A stretch of 64,000 bases of DNA from Camelus dromedarius (lineage: Eukaryota), in assembly GCF_036321535.1 (NCBI RefSeq), contig NC_087436.1, positions 23,190,001 to 23,254,000 on the forward strand. The letters are read 5' to 3'. Each line of letters opens with the position of its first letter. The stretch's first letter is position 1. A program made the position numbers and the translations under genes. This document shows, one piece after another, positions 51,996 through 64,000 of the stretch. The notes beneath the pieces were generated by a model. That model ran no database searches, was not told the origin of the DNA, and was given only the letters and a program-made list of their open reading frames with translations.

Positions 51996-52309
51996 CTCAG
52001 TTGAAATTTTGAATTTTCTGCATGCAGGGAGAGCAGATCTGTGGATCTTGGTGTGACGATCTGTGGATCTTGGTGTGACTGTCTGTGTGACAGCCATGGG
52101 GTGTCTCTCACATGTGACTTAGCTAGATAATGCTAGGCCTCATTTCATGATTTCAAAAAGCTAGTGTTCTCTCTCTATACCCACAGTAGTCTTAGATTCA
52201 AAGGTAATTTCTCAGCTGCCTGATGGTCGCTTACTTTTCAGATTCCTTCATCATTTTCTGTTATAAAATGTTTCATCATAACTTCAAAAAACAAAACAAA
52301 CAAAAAGCC

Positions 52310-53885
52310 GCTTTTATTTTTAAATCATAATCGATTTATAAGAGATAGCAAAGAAACGTACAGGGAAGTCACATGCCTTTTCTCCCCAAGTCGCTTCCTC
52401 CCCAGTGCTAACATCCCAAACAACCTCCATATGAAATCAAAACCAAGACATTGACATTGGCCCAATCCACAGGGCTTATTCAGGTTTCATCAATTCTGCA
52501 TGCACTCATTTGTGTGTGTGTGTCTGTGGCTCTGTGCATCGCCTTGTGTAACTCCCATCACAGCCAAGGCACTCAGCTGCACCCTCACCTCTAGTGTTAC
52601 TCCTTCACAGCCACACCCACTCCTCCCTCACCCCCCGGCTAACACCAGCAACCATTAGTCTATTCTCCCTCTCCTGTTCTCCATCTCTGTAATCATGTTA
52701 TTTCATGATTGTTACATAAATAGAAATATGCAATATGTATCCTTTTAAGATTTGTCTTTTTTTTTCTCTCTCCCCTTTCAAGCTCTGTGCCCCTTTATAA
52801 TGTTTTTTTTTATTGAAGTACAATTACAATGTGTCTTTCTCTGGTGTACAGCAAAGTGTCCCAGTCATGCATATACGTACATATATTCATTTTCATATTT
52901 TTTTCCATTAAAGTTTATTACAAGATATTGAACATAGTTCCCTGTGCTATAAAAAAGAAACTTTTTTAAAATCTATTTTTATATATAGTGGCAAACATTT
53001 GCAAATCACAAACTCCCAAATTGATCGCCTCCCACCCCCATTCCCTGATAACCATAAGATTGTTTACTAAATCTGCAAGTCTGTTTCTGTTTTGTAAATG
53101 AGTTCATAGTGTCTTTTTTTTTTTTTTTTTTAGATTTCACATATCACATATGAATGATATCATATGATATTTTTCTTTCTCTTTCTGGCTTACTTCATTT
53201 CATTCACTTTTTTCATTCAGCATGAGTTCTTTAAGGTTCATCCAAGTCATTGTCTACATCAACATTAGTTTTCTTTTTTTAAAATTTCTGTGTAATATGC
53301 CACAGTATGGATGTGCAAAAGCACTCTTCAAACTGTCCATTTAACGTACCCATGTGACCATTTTCCAGATCAATACCACACCCCAAAAGTGCCCTTTGTG
53401 TCCCCTTCCTGTCCCTATCCACCCAAGCAAGGTTAATAATTCTCCAGACTTTTAGCACCATAGATTAATTTTGTTTTTGAACTTCATGTAAATGGAATTA
53501 CACAGAATGTGCTCTTTGGGTTCTGGTTTATTTTGCTCAGCATTATGAACCAAATTGCTCATTTCCATTGCTGCTTAGTAATCCATGGTGTGACAATACT
53601 ACAATGTATTTATCTGTGCTACTGTTAATGAAGATTTGAGTGGTTCTGGCTTTTGGCTAGTAGTGGCACTAGGAATATTCTAGTGTATGTCTTTTGGTAA
53701 AAAATATATATACACTTTTTTTGGGGTATACTTAGGAGAGGAGCTTCTGCGTCATAGGTATGTATCTGTTTAGATTTAGTGGATACTGCCAGATGGATTT
53801 CCAAAATGGTAGTACCAGTTAATACGCTGAGCAACAGCACATGAGAGTTTTGGCTGCACCATGCCTTTGTCAACACTTGCTGTTG
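52310..53885 (-). mobile_element. Old L1M fragments with a nested younger camelid-type L1 3' end (~52803-53200)
   Basis: Older L1 motifs flank ttattgaagtacaattacaatgtg...ctggcttacttca. Confidence 0.7.
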
Positions 53886-54581
53886 TCTGTCAGCTCTTCT
53901 TGTACCCTTTACACGTGTTTGACCATTGCAGCATTGCTTCCATGAGTTGCACTTGAGGCAGAATTTCTTTGTTTTTCTTCCACACCACTAAGGGAGAGGA
54001 AACCTTACATCTTTCTCTGCCTTCTAATTGGAAGGCTCATTTGGCTTTTGAAATGTAGTTCAATAAACATTCAGGCAATGCTAGGCATTTTGGAGTTTGA
54101 AAAGGTAGCTAGCCCTCAGCGTCTGCCACCCAGAGACAAATGCTGTTGAACTTGAGGTCTAGACAAGGAGCCTCACACCAACATCCCTTCCAACCTCCCA
54201 GTTTGACAGTTGGCCATAGATAGTTCTTTTCTTCCTGTCAAGAAAGTTCTTCCTTTAAAGCATTTTTTAATACACAAATGGTCCTTGTAGCCTTATTTAA
54301 CCCTTTTCTTCCTTACAAACTGTGCTGTGTGAGACTCATTTGGCTTTGAAATTTAGTTCAGCTGGTAAGAAGCACGAGAATTTTCTGTTATTTATTGATG
54401 GCTGTTAAATGGTTTTAAAATAAACAAAGATAATACAGTAAATCAAGATGTGGTCTAGGAGGCCTCTGACTGGACAGGATATTTCCTGTGTGTATCAGGG
54501 CTGTGCCTCCATCAGTCCTGCTGAAAGGGCACTGTGTGCTTTAGCAGATTTCTCAGACCTGTCAATATTGCTCCTTTCCAG

Positions 54582-54680
54582 AAATTTGGAACTATCCGGG
54601 CAGATCTCATTGAGCAGATGAGATTCAAACAGAGACTGAAGGTGATCCAGACACTGGAGGATACCACGAAGCGGAATGTG
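54582..54680 (+). CDS. TBC1D9: TBC1D9 exon 14 (99 nt): KFGTIRADLIEQMRFKQRLKVIQTLEDTTKRNV
   Basis: Acceptor ctttccag|AAA and donor GTG|gtgagt. Confidence 0.94.
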
Positions 54681-54856
54681 GTGAGTCCTTCGAGAAACGG
54701 CACGTGGCCTTCCTTCTCCGTCCTTCCCTGCACTCCTGGCGACTCGTAAATTCCTGTCTGACAGACTGAAGATGATTTAAAAGGAGAAAATCAGGAACTT
54801 TTCCCATTAGGATATTTTTGAGTTTATGAAATTCATTGTGTTTATTCTTCTTATAG

Positions 54857-54925
54857 GTACGAACTATTGTGACAGAAACTTCCTTTACCATTGATGAGCT
54901 GGAGGAACTTTATGCTCTTTTCAAG
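54857..54925 (+). CDS. TBC1D9: TBC1D9 exon 15 (69 nt): VRTIVTETSFTIDELEELYALFK
   Basis: Acceptor ttcttatag|GTA and donor AAG|gtgagt. Not in the ORF track. Follows a 176-nt intron. Confidence 0.93.
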
Positions 54926-57900
54926 GTGAGTTTCAAAGAAAACTTGTGTACATTCAGGGAAATAAAGGAGTTGAATAATTCAGTGAGTTCTAGATTCTTC
55001 TGTTAAATTATGAAGGGACAGCATGAGTGCCAACATGCATAAACAGGAAGACAGAGCTGAGAGTATAAAAATGGAGTGCTGAATATGAAAAATAAAGGTG
55101 TTTGTAGAACTCATTTAAGTTGATCTTTTAGCTTTCTTCCACTCCATACAATATTTTAGACGTCTCCCTGGACTTAAAAAACAGGGGATCACTTTATAAT
55201 ATTCATTAGAACAACAGCAATCAAGTTTAAATTCTGCCTGAAACTCTTGTAAATTATAATTTCCTATATTAAACTATATTAAAGCATCCTAATAGCTTTC
55301 TATACTAAGCTAGGGCACTTTTTATTGAAGAGAGATATGTAGCTAGAATAAGACCAAAGCTGCTCAGATGTCTGAGCAAAAGCCTAATTGTTTAAATTTC
55401 TGTTATTTCCATTTCTAATTCAGCCCATTACCAATCTTGATCCTGAGTAAGAAAATATTATGTTAATAAATACAGCAGTGTAGAATGTTTTTCCTTCTAG
55501 AAAAAAATACTTTTGTCATAGCTGTCATTACCAACATCAGAGGTACAAATGTGGCAATTGATAGGGAAAGTCTTAAAAAGATGCCTTTTGTACAGGTACC
55601 AATTTTATCACTATCTCTAACTGGCTGGTTTCTTGTATACAGTGCCTCTTACTTCCAGAACTAAACTTGGCTGTGTTGAGGACTGCAACAGTAGTTCAGG
55701 GACAGACATAAAGGGACAAACATAAAGATCTGAACGGGACACTGACAGACCTCAGGATCAGAGAATGTGATGATAAATAAAATAAAAAGTTTTATTTACT
55801 TTTGTTTCGCTAAATGCCGAGTCTAGTCTCCCCCGATAGGTGTTCCAAACATGCATGTTGAATGCCTACGTAAATCAGTGATCAGTTTTCAATTTAGTAC
55901 CATCTCTGCATGCCTCTGATGTGGGTGCAGAGAGATTCAGGTTTCATAGCTGGATAGCGATGCACTCTGTGCAGCCCAGCAGCCTGACCGAGGGAGTGGA
56001 CAGCAGTGCCCCCACCAGCCGCATTCAGCCCTTGACGGTGAAGTCTCTACTCATTCGTGTTCTGTTCATACACATAAAGCTCTGTAGTTAATGGCTCGGT
56101 GTAAGTCGGCTAGCCGTAAAGAAGGGGTCCCTCTTTGTTTCATGGAGGAAAAATGTAACGACCCAACTGGGTACAAAACAAACAAACAAAATACAAGGAT
56201 CCCATTGAGATCAGATTTTAAAAGGATACTGAGAACCAGAAGAAATCTGCTTCCAGGGTGGTGAGGGTAGGGCCAGGATTTGGGGTAACTAAACAAGTGG
56301 GAGTAGCAGCTGGAGGCAGCAAGACCATGGACAGATAATGGGAAGGGCTATGACATTTGAAAGAGGAGGCTGACTTTGGGGGATACCAGGAACTGGAGGA
56401 CCAGGACTGGTTGTGCAGAAGTCCCAGATTCAGAGATCACTAAAGCCATGTCTTCTCTCTGGGCACCCCTGCCGTCTCTAGTCTGTGCACCTCCAGGTAC
56501 CAGGTGTGGCATTTGTATGCTGAGGATATGCCTGAAGAAAGCTTCCCTTATGTACCAAAGTATAAGGAAAGTGCTTAGTACACTCTCTCCTAAGTGTGTG
56601 TTAACAAACACGAGCTCTCCATGTCTGCTGAGCACCCCGAGACGGAACCCAAGGCCCTTGGTTGCTGTCAAGATGGGAAGGAGCCTTGTACTGCAGAACC
56701 CAAGATAAAGATTTCAGTAATGGACTCTTTCTTGAGTCTTCTGAACACTTCAAATGGCTTTATTTCAACTGAACAAACATTTATTGAGGCATTACTGTGT
56801 GAGACACCCTGCCAGACTCTTTAGTCCTTTAAAAAGCCAGTTCCTAGGGGGGTTTCTGTGGATACAAAGGAAAGAGACAGTCATCTCCCACAGAGCTTTC
56901 TGCTTGGGCTTTGGGCTAAAACTTGTTTAAAAACAAAAAAGGTGAAAGGCTGCCACCCTGAGGCAGATTTGGTGGAAAATGTGGCTCAGGGCCCCTGTGC
57001 CTTGGTTTCTCTTGAACTCTTTCTCAGTTAGTCCTTTTTCAATCTCGGGTCCCCAGTCCCTAAGTGATGGAGTAGGAGGTCTCATCAAGGAGGAGGGACA
57101 TGCTCGATCTGCATGGCTGGTTGTTTCGTGATGGGGTGAGCACCGTGAAGGTGCCTGCACCACATTCCTCTGGTTCCAGAGGAATGTGGGCACTCCAGTT
57201 AGAGGAAATGCTCTGGGTAACCTTTATCCACTGACATAGCTCAAGTAAAGAGGACCCCTCCCGGAGGTTGTATCACCAACACCGTCCCACCCCCAGAGGG
57301 CTGCTGGGCATCACTGATAATTCAGAGTAGAGCTTAACCCACGTGGCCCTCGGACCTCAGCCTCTGCCTCCCTCCCTCTGACATCACCACTGTCACCACT
57401 GCCCACCCCACGCCCAGCAGCAGGGGTGCAGCCCAAAGCCAGGTGAGCTTGACACGCTTCCTTTATTCTGCTAAGGCTGCACTGCAGAAACCTCTCCTTC
57501 CTCCTGTCCTGCCACTCCCACTCCTCTCTTTTTTGGGGGGTTGTTAGCTACAACTGCAGTAAACAATCAGGATAAAGACATTGGTCTTCTTTGCTCCATT
57601 CTAAGTGAGAGCAGCACTGAAGGACTACACACTCACCACTGACACCCCCTTCTCAGAGCCCTCAGGCAAGAGGGAAAGATCTGTTTTCAAAGTGCTTTTT
57701 GCTGTTTGAAATATTATACATGCTGATAATGAAATAGAGAGTACAGCAGGGAATAAAGTAAAAAATAAAGGCTCCCTTTGGATGCCCAGTGCTCACTGTA
57801 AACACCTGTGTAGTGGGGGGAGGGGGGATTCTTCCTGGCCTTTCTGTTAGCTATTTTATCTTTGTGGTCTTCCTAGAATGGGCATGGATATCTGCCAGAA

Positions 57901-58364
57901 TCAATATGACCTCATGAATAAAGAGGCAGCCTTGTTTCCAAGGACAGAAACAGGAAGCCTTTTGTTGGATCTCTGTTATCCTCACCCTAGTGGTCCCTGC
58001 TCACGAGTTTAATGGAGCTATTTTCAGATGTGTGAACCAGGAAGACCGCACACCTGTGGCCTGAATACTTGATGGCTAGGATAATATCTGTGTGGTTTTT
58101 GGTGACCTGGAAGCTGGGGGTTTACGGGACACAACACTGAACTAGGAATTTGGAAACCCAGAATCGCATCATGATTCTGCTCTGACTAGCTGGCTGGATG
58201 ACCTTGTGGAAGCCACTTGCCCTCTGGGCTGTACCGCCCTCACTTAGGAAACAAGGTGATCAGATTGCCTGAATTACTGATCCTTTTCAGGTTAACATTC
58301 TATGTATTTCTTAAAAAAAAAAAAAAAAAGAGACTTGTTTGTCTTTACAGGAGTTAACTTTTTT

Positions 58365-59413
58365 TAAACTTTTTTTTATTGATTTATAATCATTTTACAA
58401 TGTTGTATCAAATTCCAGTGTATAGCACAATTTTTCAGTTATACATGAACATATATATATTCATTGTCACATTTTTTTCTCTGTGAGCTACCATTAGAAA
58501 TTGTATATATTTCTCTGTGCTATACAGTATAATCTTGTTTATCTATACTACAATTTTGAAATCCCAGTCTATCCCTTCCCACCCTCCGCCCCCTTGGCAA
58601 CCACAAGTTTGTATTCTATGTCTATGAATCTATTTCTGTTTTGTATTTATGCTTTGTGTGTTTTTTTTTTTTTTTTTAGATTCCACATATGAGTGATCTC
58701 ATATGGTATTTTTCTTTCTCTTTCTGGCTTACTTCACTTAGAATGACATTCTCCAGGAGCATCCATGTTGCTGCAAATGGTGTTATGTTGTCGGTTTTTA
58801 TGGCTGAGTAGTATTCCATTGTATAAATAGACCACAGCTTCTTTATCCATTCATCCATTGATGGACATTTAGGCTGTTTCCATGTCTTGGCTATTGTAAA
58901 TAGTGCTGCTCTGAACATTGGGGTGCAGGTGTCATCCTGAAGTAGGGTTCCTTCTGGATATAAGCCCAGGAGTGGGATTGCTGGGTCTATTCCTAGTCTT
59001 TTGAGGAATCTCCACACTGTTTTCCACAGTGGCTGCACCAAACTGCATTCCCACCAGCAGTGTAGGAGGGTTCCCCTTTCTCCACAGCCTCTCCAGCATT
59101 TGTCATTTGTGGATTTTTGAATGATGGCCATTCTGACTGGTGTGAGGTGATACCTCATTGTAGTTTTGATTTGCATTTCTCTGATACTTAGTGATATTGA
59201 GCATTTTTTCATGTGCCTATTGATCATTTGTATGTCTTCCTTGGAGAATTGCTTGTTTAGGTATTTGGCCCATTTTTGGATTGGGTTGTTTGGTTGTTTC
59301 TTATTAAGTTGCATGAGCTGCTTATATATTCTGGAGATCAAGCCTTTGTTGGTTTCATTTGCAAAAATTTTCTCCCATTCCATAGGTTGTCTTTTTGTTT
59401 TACTTATGGTTTC
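58365..59413 (-). mobile_element. Relatively young 5'-truncated L1 with ORF2 C-terminus (58676..59383)
   Basis: The 235-aa ORF matches the L1 ORF2p C-terminus, including the CCHC motif [18 protein letters not shown]. Degenerate TSD caggagttaacttt / caggaattaatttc. Confidence 0.93.
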
Positions 59414-59734
59414 CAGGAATTAATTTCTTAAAATGCTTGAGCGTGTATGTAAAGGAGAAGAAAAAAAGGGGGCATTCACTTTCTTTCTTCACCTACTCCA
59501 GCAATTGAACTGGGTTTTTCATGTCAAATGGAAACCGCAGAGGTGGTTGCCATGGAGTTGGTGGAGGGTGGTCAGGTGGAGATGTATATAGAAGAGAAGA
59601 CGAGGGTGCCCTGGGACCAGAGCACTGTCCCAGGACATACACATGGGGGACCTAAAGCCTTTTTCCAAATCTGAGGGAAGATCTTTCTTCCTGGTATTTG
59701 CTGTGAGGTGCAACCCTGTTCTTTGATTTTTCAG

Positions 59735-59975
59735 GCGGAACATCTAACCAGCTGCTACTGGGGCGGAAGCAGCAATGCGCTGGACCGGCACGACCCCAGC
59801 CTGCCTTACCTGGAGCAGTATCGCATCGACTTTGAGCAGTTCAAGGGCATGTTTGCTCTGCTCTTTCCCTGGGCCTGTGGAACTCACTCTGATGTGCTGG
59901 CCTCCCGCTTATTCCAGTTATTAGATGAAAATGGAGACTCTCTGATCAACTTCCGAGAGTTTGTCTCTGGGCTGA
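59735..59975 (+). CDS. TBC1D9: TBC1D9 exon 16 (241 nt): AEHLTSCYWGGSS...LLDENGDSLINFREFVSGL; EF-hand
   Basis: Acceptor tttttcag|GCG and donor A|gtaagg; EF-hand loop DENGDSLINFRE. Confidence 0.94.
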
Positions 59976-61667
59976 GTAAGGACGTGATGGTGTTGCATGA
60001 GTTGGGGGGGAGGGGATGGGAGAGTAATTGCCCTGGTCTTCTGTGCTGCCTCAGGACCACAACCCCACTTGCCTCAGAAGATGGGGTTTAAAGGACAGAG
60101 GAGCACACTTTAGGGTTTGCAAGCTGATTCCAAAATTTGTTTTTAGTTAATGGATGTATGATTAAATCACTGGCGTCTACATTAGATAGTAATCTGCACT
60201 AGTTAAAATACATTATCAGAGAGTTTGCAAGAGTGCCGACTTAAACACTGAAACTGAAGACGATAACTTTATAAGGGAAGAAGAAATGTTTGGATGGATT
60301 GCTTTTCTCTGTCAGAAAAAAATATTTATAGTACATATAATTTCATAAAATTATATAAGATATTGCATAGTGTTTTTAATAAAGGGCTGGAGAAAACCCA
60401 CAGCAGCTCTGCAATATAAATGGAAATCTTTCTCTCCATTTTTCGGGGAGAGAGGGCCATCCATCGTGAGAATGCATACCCTCAACTCACAGGCAGCATC
60501 TGCTTGTCAGCCTCTCTGTCTGACTGTTTACTGCCCTGTTTCTGTTGGACTCCTGTTCGATTAATATTTGAGCAAAAAAGCCACATGGCTGTTGAACTTA
60601 GCTTGCCCAATGCAAGGTTGTGGATGTAGCAGGCATTATGTTGTCAGGCTGCCAGGAGAAAAGAAGGAAAAATCTTTTTAATTCTAATTGTGCCACTCTA
60701 TGATGTTGGTCCATGCACTTCAAAAATGACCTGCCCAGGGAAAGGTGAAGGTGTCAGGTAGAGTGCTAACAGTGATTCCAAAAACTACCCTACATCTGTA
60801 ATGATTGGAAGGCTTAAAGGCCAGAGGAAGATGATGGCATTTAAAAAGGCAAAGGGGTATAGATGAGGTCCTCCGAGGTAAGAAAAAACAATTTGTGTAA
60901 AGCATCATATGTATGTTTAGAAGGGAGGACAGGGAGGAACCTGGCCTTTATTAAGAATGCAGGCACTGTTCTGATGCTTTAGAACTTGTACTTTAGCACA
61001 TAATCCAAACAATAGACCTTTGAGGTAGTAACAGTACCGATAACTAACATTTATACAGCACGTGCTCAGCCAGGCACTGCCCTGGTGCTTTACGTGCATC
61101 TGATTCACCGACAGCGCACATCTGCAAAGTTGGAGTTTGAACTCAGGCGCCCCGGAAGCACAGTCTGTGTGGTTGCTGTTATGCTTTACTACCCATCTGC
61201 TGACTAGTACTATCCCCACTTTCAGTTAAAGAGATGGAGGCTCAGAAAAGTTAAGCAACTTGCTGGGACATTTGTTTTTAGCAAGTCAATACATCTGTGT
61301 TATTGAACTGAACTGAAAGGCACAGTGAGTTCTTGCTGACTCAGGATTCAGACAAGGGCTGTCTCAAAAGCTCATCCTTTTCTCTTTACGCTGTGCTGAG
61401 GACAGCAAACAGGATTTTTTTTTTTTTAAGGGAAGAAGGAGGTGTTAATTTTTAATTACACAAGTAACACATAAATACATCCTGCTTTTTAGAAAAGTGA
61501 AATAATCCAGACAAGGCTGAAGACCCTTTTGATCCTCTCCTAATCTTTTCTGCCCCAAAGTAACTACTTACTGTCACATTGGTGTCTGTCAAAAAGGAGA
61601 TTTTTTAAAAATCACCTTTGGGCAAGAATAAGGAGGAGGAAAAAGAGATACGTTCAACACATAGAAA

Positions 61668-62788
61668 GAGTTCTAGGAATTTTTGCCGTAAACATCTCTG
61701 CCACAAGCAGTTTCACAGCACAGCTAGTTGACCATAAAGCCATGCTGCCCTAAGAGATAAAATAACTGGTTGACAGGTAGGACACTAGAGCAGGATATCT
61801 TTACAAATCCTTCGGTGACACAGTCATCCCTCCCACTCGTCAAAACCAAAAGTTTACCAACTATGTGGCAACTGCGAAAGAAGCGGCTACCAATCCACAA
61901 CAGCCCTCGAGAGCACTAACGATTGGTTCTTTAGCTAATGTGGATACAGCAGCTTGCCCTCTGCTGCCATCTTTACCGAACTGATCACACGATACTAGAA
62001 GTGGGAGGCAAAGGAAGACTCAAGCTCCTCCTTTCCCCCAAGAGGAGGTGGTTGTGTGAGTCTTGATAAGCATAAGTTTCTTGAAAGTGGTGAACATTTT
62101 AGCAGAACCTGCCTTATCTTTTTTAAATTGAAGTATAGTTGATTCATAATGTTATATTAGTTTCTGGTGTACAACATAGTGATCCAGTTATACACATATA
62201 TACTCTGATTCGTATTCTTTTCCATTGTAGGTTATTACAAAGTATTGAATATAGTTCCTTGTGCTGTACAGTAGGACCTTGTCGTTTATCTATTTTGTGT
62301 ATAGTAGTTTGTATCTGCTAATCCCAAACTCCAATTTATCCCTCCCCCTCCGCCCTTTAGTAACCATAAGTTTGTTTTCTATGTCTGTGAGTCACTTTTG
62401 TTTTGTAAATAAGTTCATTTGTATCATTTTCTTAGATTCCTCATATAAGTAATATCATATGATATTTGTCTTTCTCTGTCTGACTTACTTCACTTAGTAT
62501 GACCATCTCCAGGTCCACCCATGTTGCTTCAAAGGGCAATATTTCATTCTTTTTTATGGCTGAGCAGTATTCCATTGCATATATACCACATCTTCGGTAT
62601 CCAGTCAACAGAATCTGGCTTAGATTAGCTCACTGAAGGATTCACAGAAATTGATCCCTTATTTTCTAGTATAATATAACTGCCGACCAGTTACCTTTGT
62701 CTTTTACGGCAAAATGGCCTCCACAGCCAATTAGTTGTGGGGCGAATATGCTTGCAGCAAAGATGTTTAAGGTGAAAATACCAGACAC
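61668..62788. mobile_element. Old DNA transposon with ~110-bp terminal inverted repeats (Mutator-like; possibly MER99)
   Basis: 61668-61776 aligns with the reverse complement of 62680-62788. Flanks are acatagaaa / gtgtagaaa. Confidence 0.75.
62118..62607 (-). mobile_element. Cetartiodactyl L1 3' end nested in the TIR element
   Basis: aattgaagtatagttgattcataatgttatattagtttctggtgtacaacatagtgat. Degenerate TSD cagaacctgcctta / cagaatctggctta. Confidence 0.85.
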
Positions 62789-63774
62789 GTGTAGAAAGCG
62801 ATAGGAATAAATATAAATATTTAACTTATTCATGTTTTGTCAAACCCCAACAAGGTAAATACTCTTCAGAATCTTCAGAAAAGGAAAGAGAAGCTTCCAG
62901 TGCAAGATGGTGAAAACAGTGGCTAAGAGTACTTAGGCTTCTTCAGTGCAGTTGAGTTCTTTGAGCAAAGGAAACTCCACCCAGATTGCTAGGAGTCTCA
63001 GAGCTGTAGTCAGTTATGCGGGTTGATTATAGCTAGTGGAGATAAGTGGACCCAGAAAAGAGAAATTTGGTTCAAGTCTTAAGAAACTAAAAGCATGAAT
63101 TCTGGAAAAGATGGATGAGTAATCTTAATGTCAATCCCCAGAAAGATCCCTCTAGAAATTAGTGAACAGACAGTCTATATGAAGGTAGAGATGAAGGGCT
63201 ACTATTCAAAGCCACAAATTAGCTGTACCTCCTTTTCCAGTGGTGTTGCAGGAAGGCAGCATTTCTAAACATGCTGTAGGTGTCATGATGCAGCTGGTCA
63301 TTTGACAGATAACTCGCTATACATGGAAAAGTTGGAAGGATGTGGAAGTCAGTGAGTCCATGACTGGCTGAACCCTGCACCCAGAGCTTGGTGGTCAGCA
63401 ACAAGTTTTCTAGTACCTTGGCTTGGTATTTAAGCTCTGTGGTTGTTCCCTCACTTGTAAAATAGTTCCTGTCAGGACTAAAAGAAATAATTCAAGTAAA
63501 GTTCCTACAACAGTGACTGACTCAAAAAGTGTTAAGTTATTATTGTCACTATAATTACGATGTACTGGATAGCAATTTAAACTATGAAAGTAGGGAAGGC
63601 ATACTACCCAAATGTGTCGGCTACACGAAGCTGGGAGAGACAGCCAATGCATTGGAGGACAACAGCAAGATTAAAAAATATTAGAGGAGGAAATGATTGG
63701 CAAAAACAAATTGATAGGGATAAATCATGAGTCTTAAATTTTGAGAAGTGACTGTAAAAGAACTGTATGGCTGC

Positions 63775-63995
63775 ATAGATGGTATAGTGGTTTCAATCTT
63801 GGAATCTAGGCTCAGACAAATCTGAGTTCAAATCCTGGGCCTGCCACTTACTAGCTTATGACCTTGAGCCTATTACTTAACATCACTAAGCCTGACTTTT
63901 CTCATCTAAGTTGGGGTACTAATTGTGCCCATCTCCTACAGTTATTGTGACAAGGCAGTGAAATACATGTGGAAAGCAGTTAACATAGGCTTAAC
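63775..63995. mobile_element. MIR SINE
   Basis: ctgagttcaaatcctgggcctgccacttactagcttatgaccttgagc. Confidence 0.75.
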
Positions 63996-64000
63996 ACAAC

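Larger units (their letters stand above)
6531..59975 (+). other. TBC1D9: TBC1 domain family member 9 gene, partial (coding exons 2-16; both ends outside the window)
   Basis: 15 exons with AG/GT boundaries and compatible phases join into one open frame. It encodes two GRAM regions, a TBC domain with IERDLHR and YCQ motifs, and an EF-hand (DENGDSLINFREF). The peptide matches TBC1D9 as I recall it. Confidence 0.96.

Noticed and set aside
54851..54862. AG|GTACGA at the exon-15 acceptor as a recursive splice site
   Set aside because: The upstream intron is only 176 nt, the GT is simply part of a Val codon, and the donor match is weak.
58676..59383. 235-aa ORF as a nested host gene
   Set aside because: It is the C-terminus of L1 ORF2p inside a 5'-truncated retrotransposon.

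Overview
This is mammalian genomic DNA, most likely from a camelid, as it carries tRNA-derived Vic-1-type SINEs and cetartiodactyl-type L1s. The window lies inside one + strand gene, TBC1D9 (GRAM-GRAM-TBC/RabGAP-EF-hand). I found 15 consecutive GT-AG coding exons (exons 2-16 by the human numbering as I recall it) that splice into one uninterrupted frame of 2616 nt (872 codons). The first exon and the 3' exons lie outside the window. Exons 13 and 15 are missing from the ORF track. The introns are filled with L1, L2, MIR, solo LTRs, MER20/MER5/MER53 DNA-transposon relics, SINEs and microsatellites. I found no evidence for a new protein-coding system. The most notable non-coding structures are: (1) an old DNA transposon with ~110-bp inverted repeats and an apparent 9-bp TSD (Mutator-like), interrupted by an L1; (2) a perfect 91-bp non-tandem duplication; (3) a twin-primed inverted L1; (4) a retroposed 62-nt L1 5'-end fragment with TSDs; (5) an L1 insertion whose TSD duplicates the exon-3 splice donor; (6) a solo LTR carrying a strong CTCF-like motif. 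Repeat family names come from recalled consensus sequences and were not checked by search.
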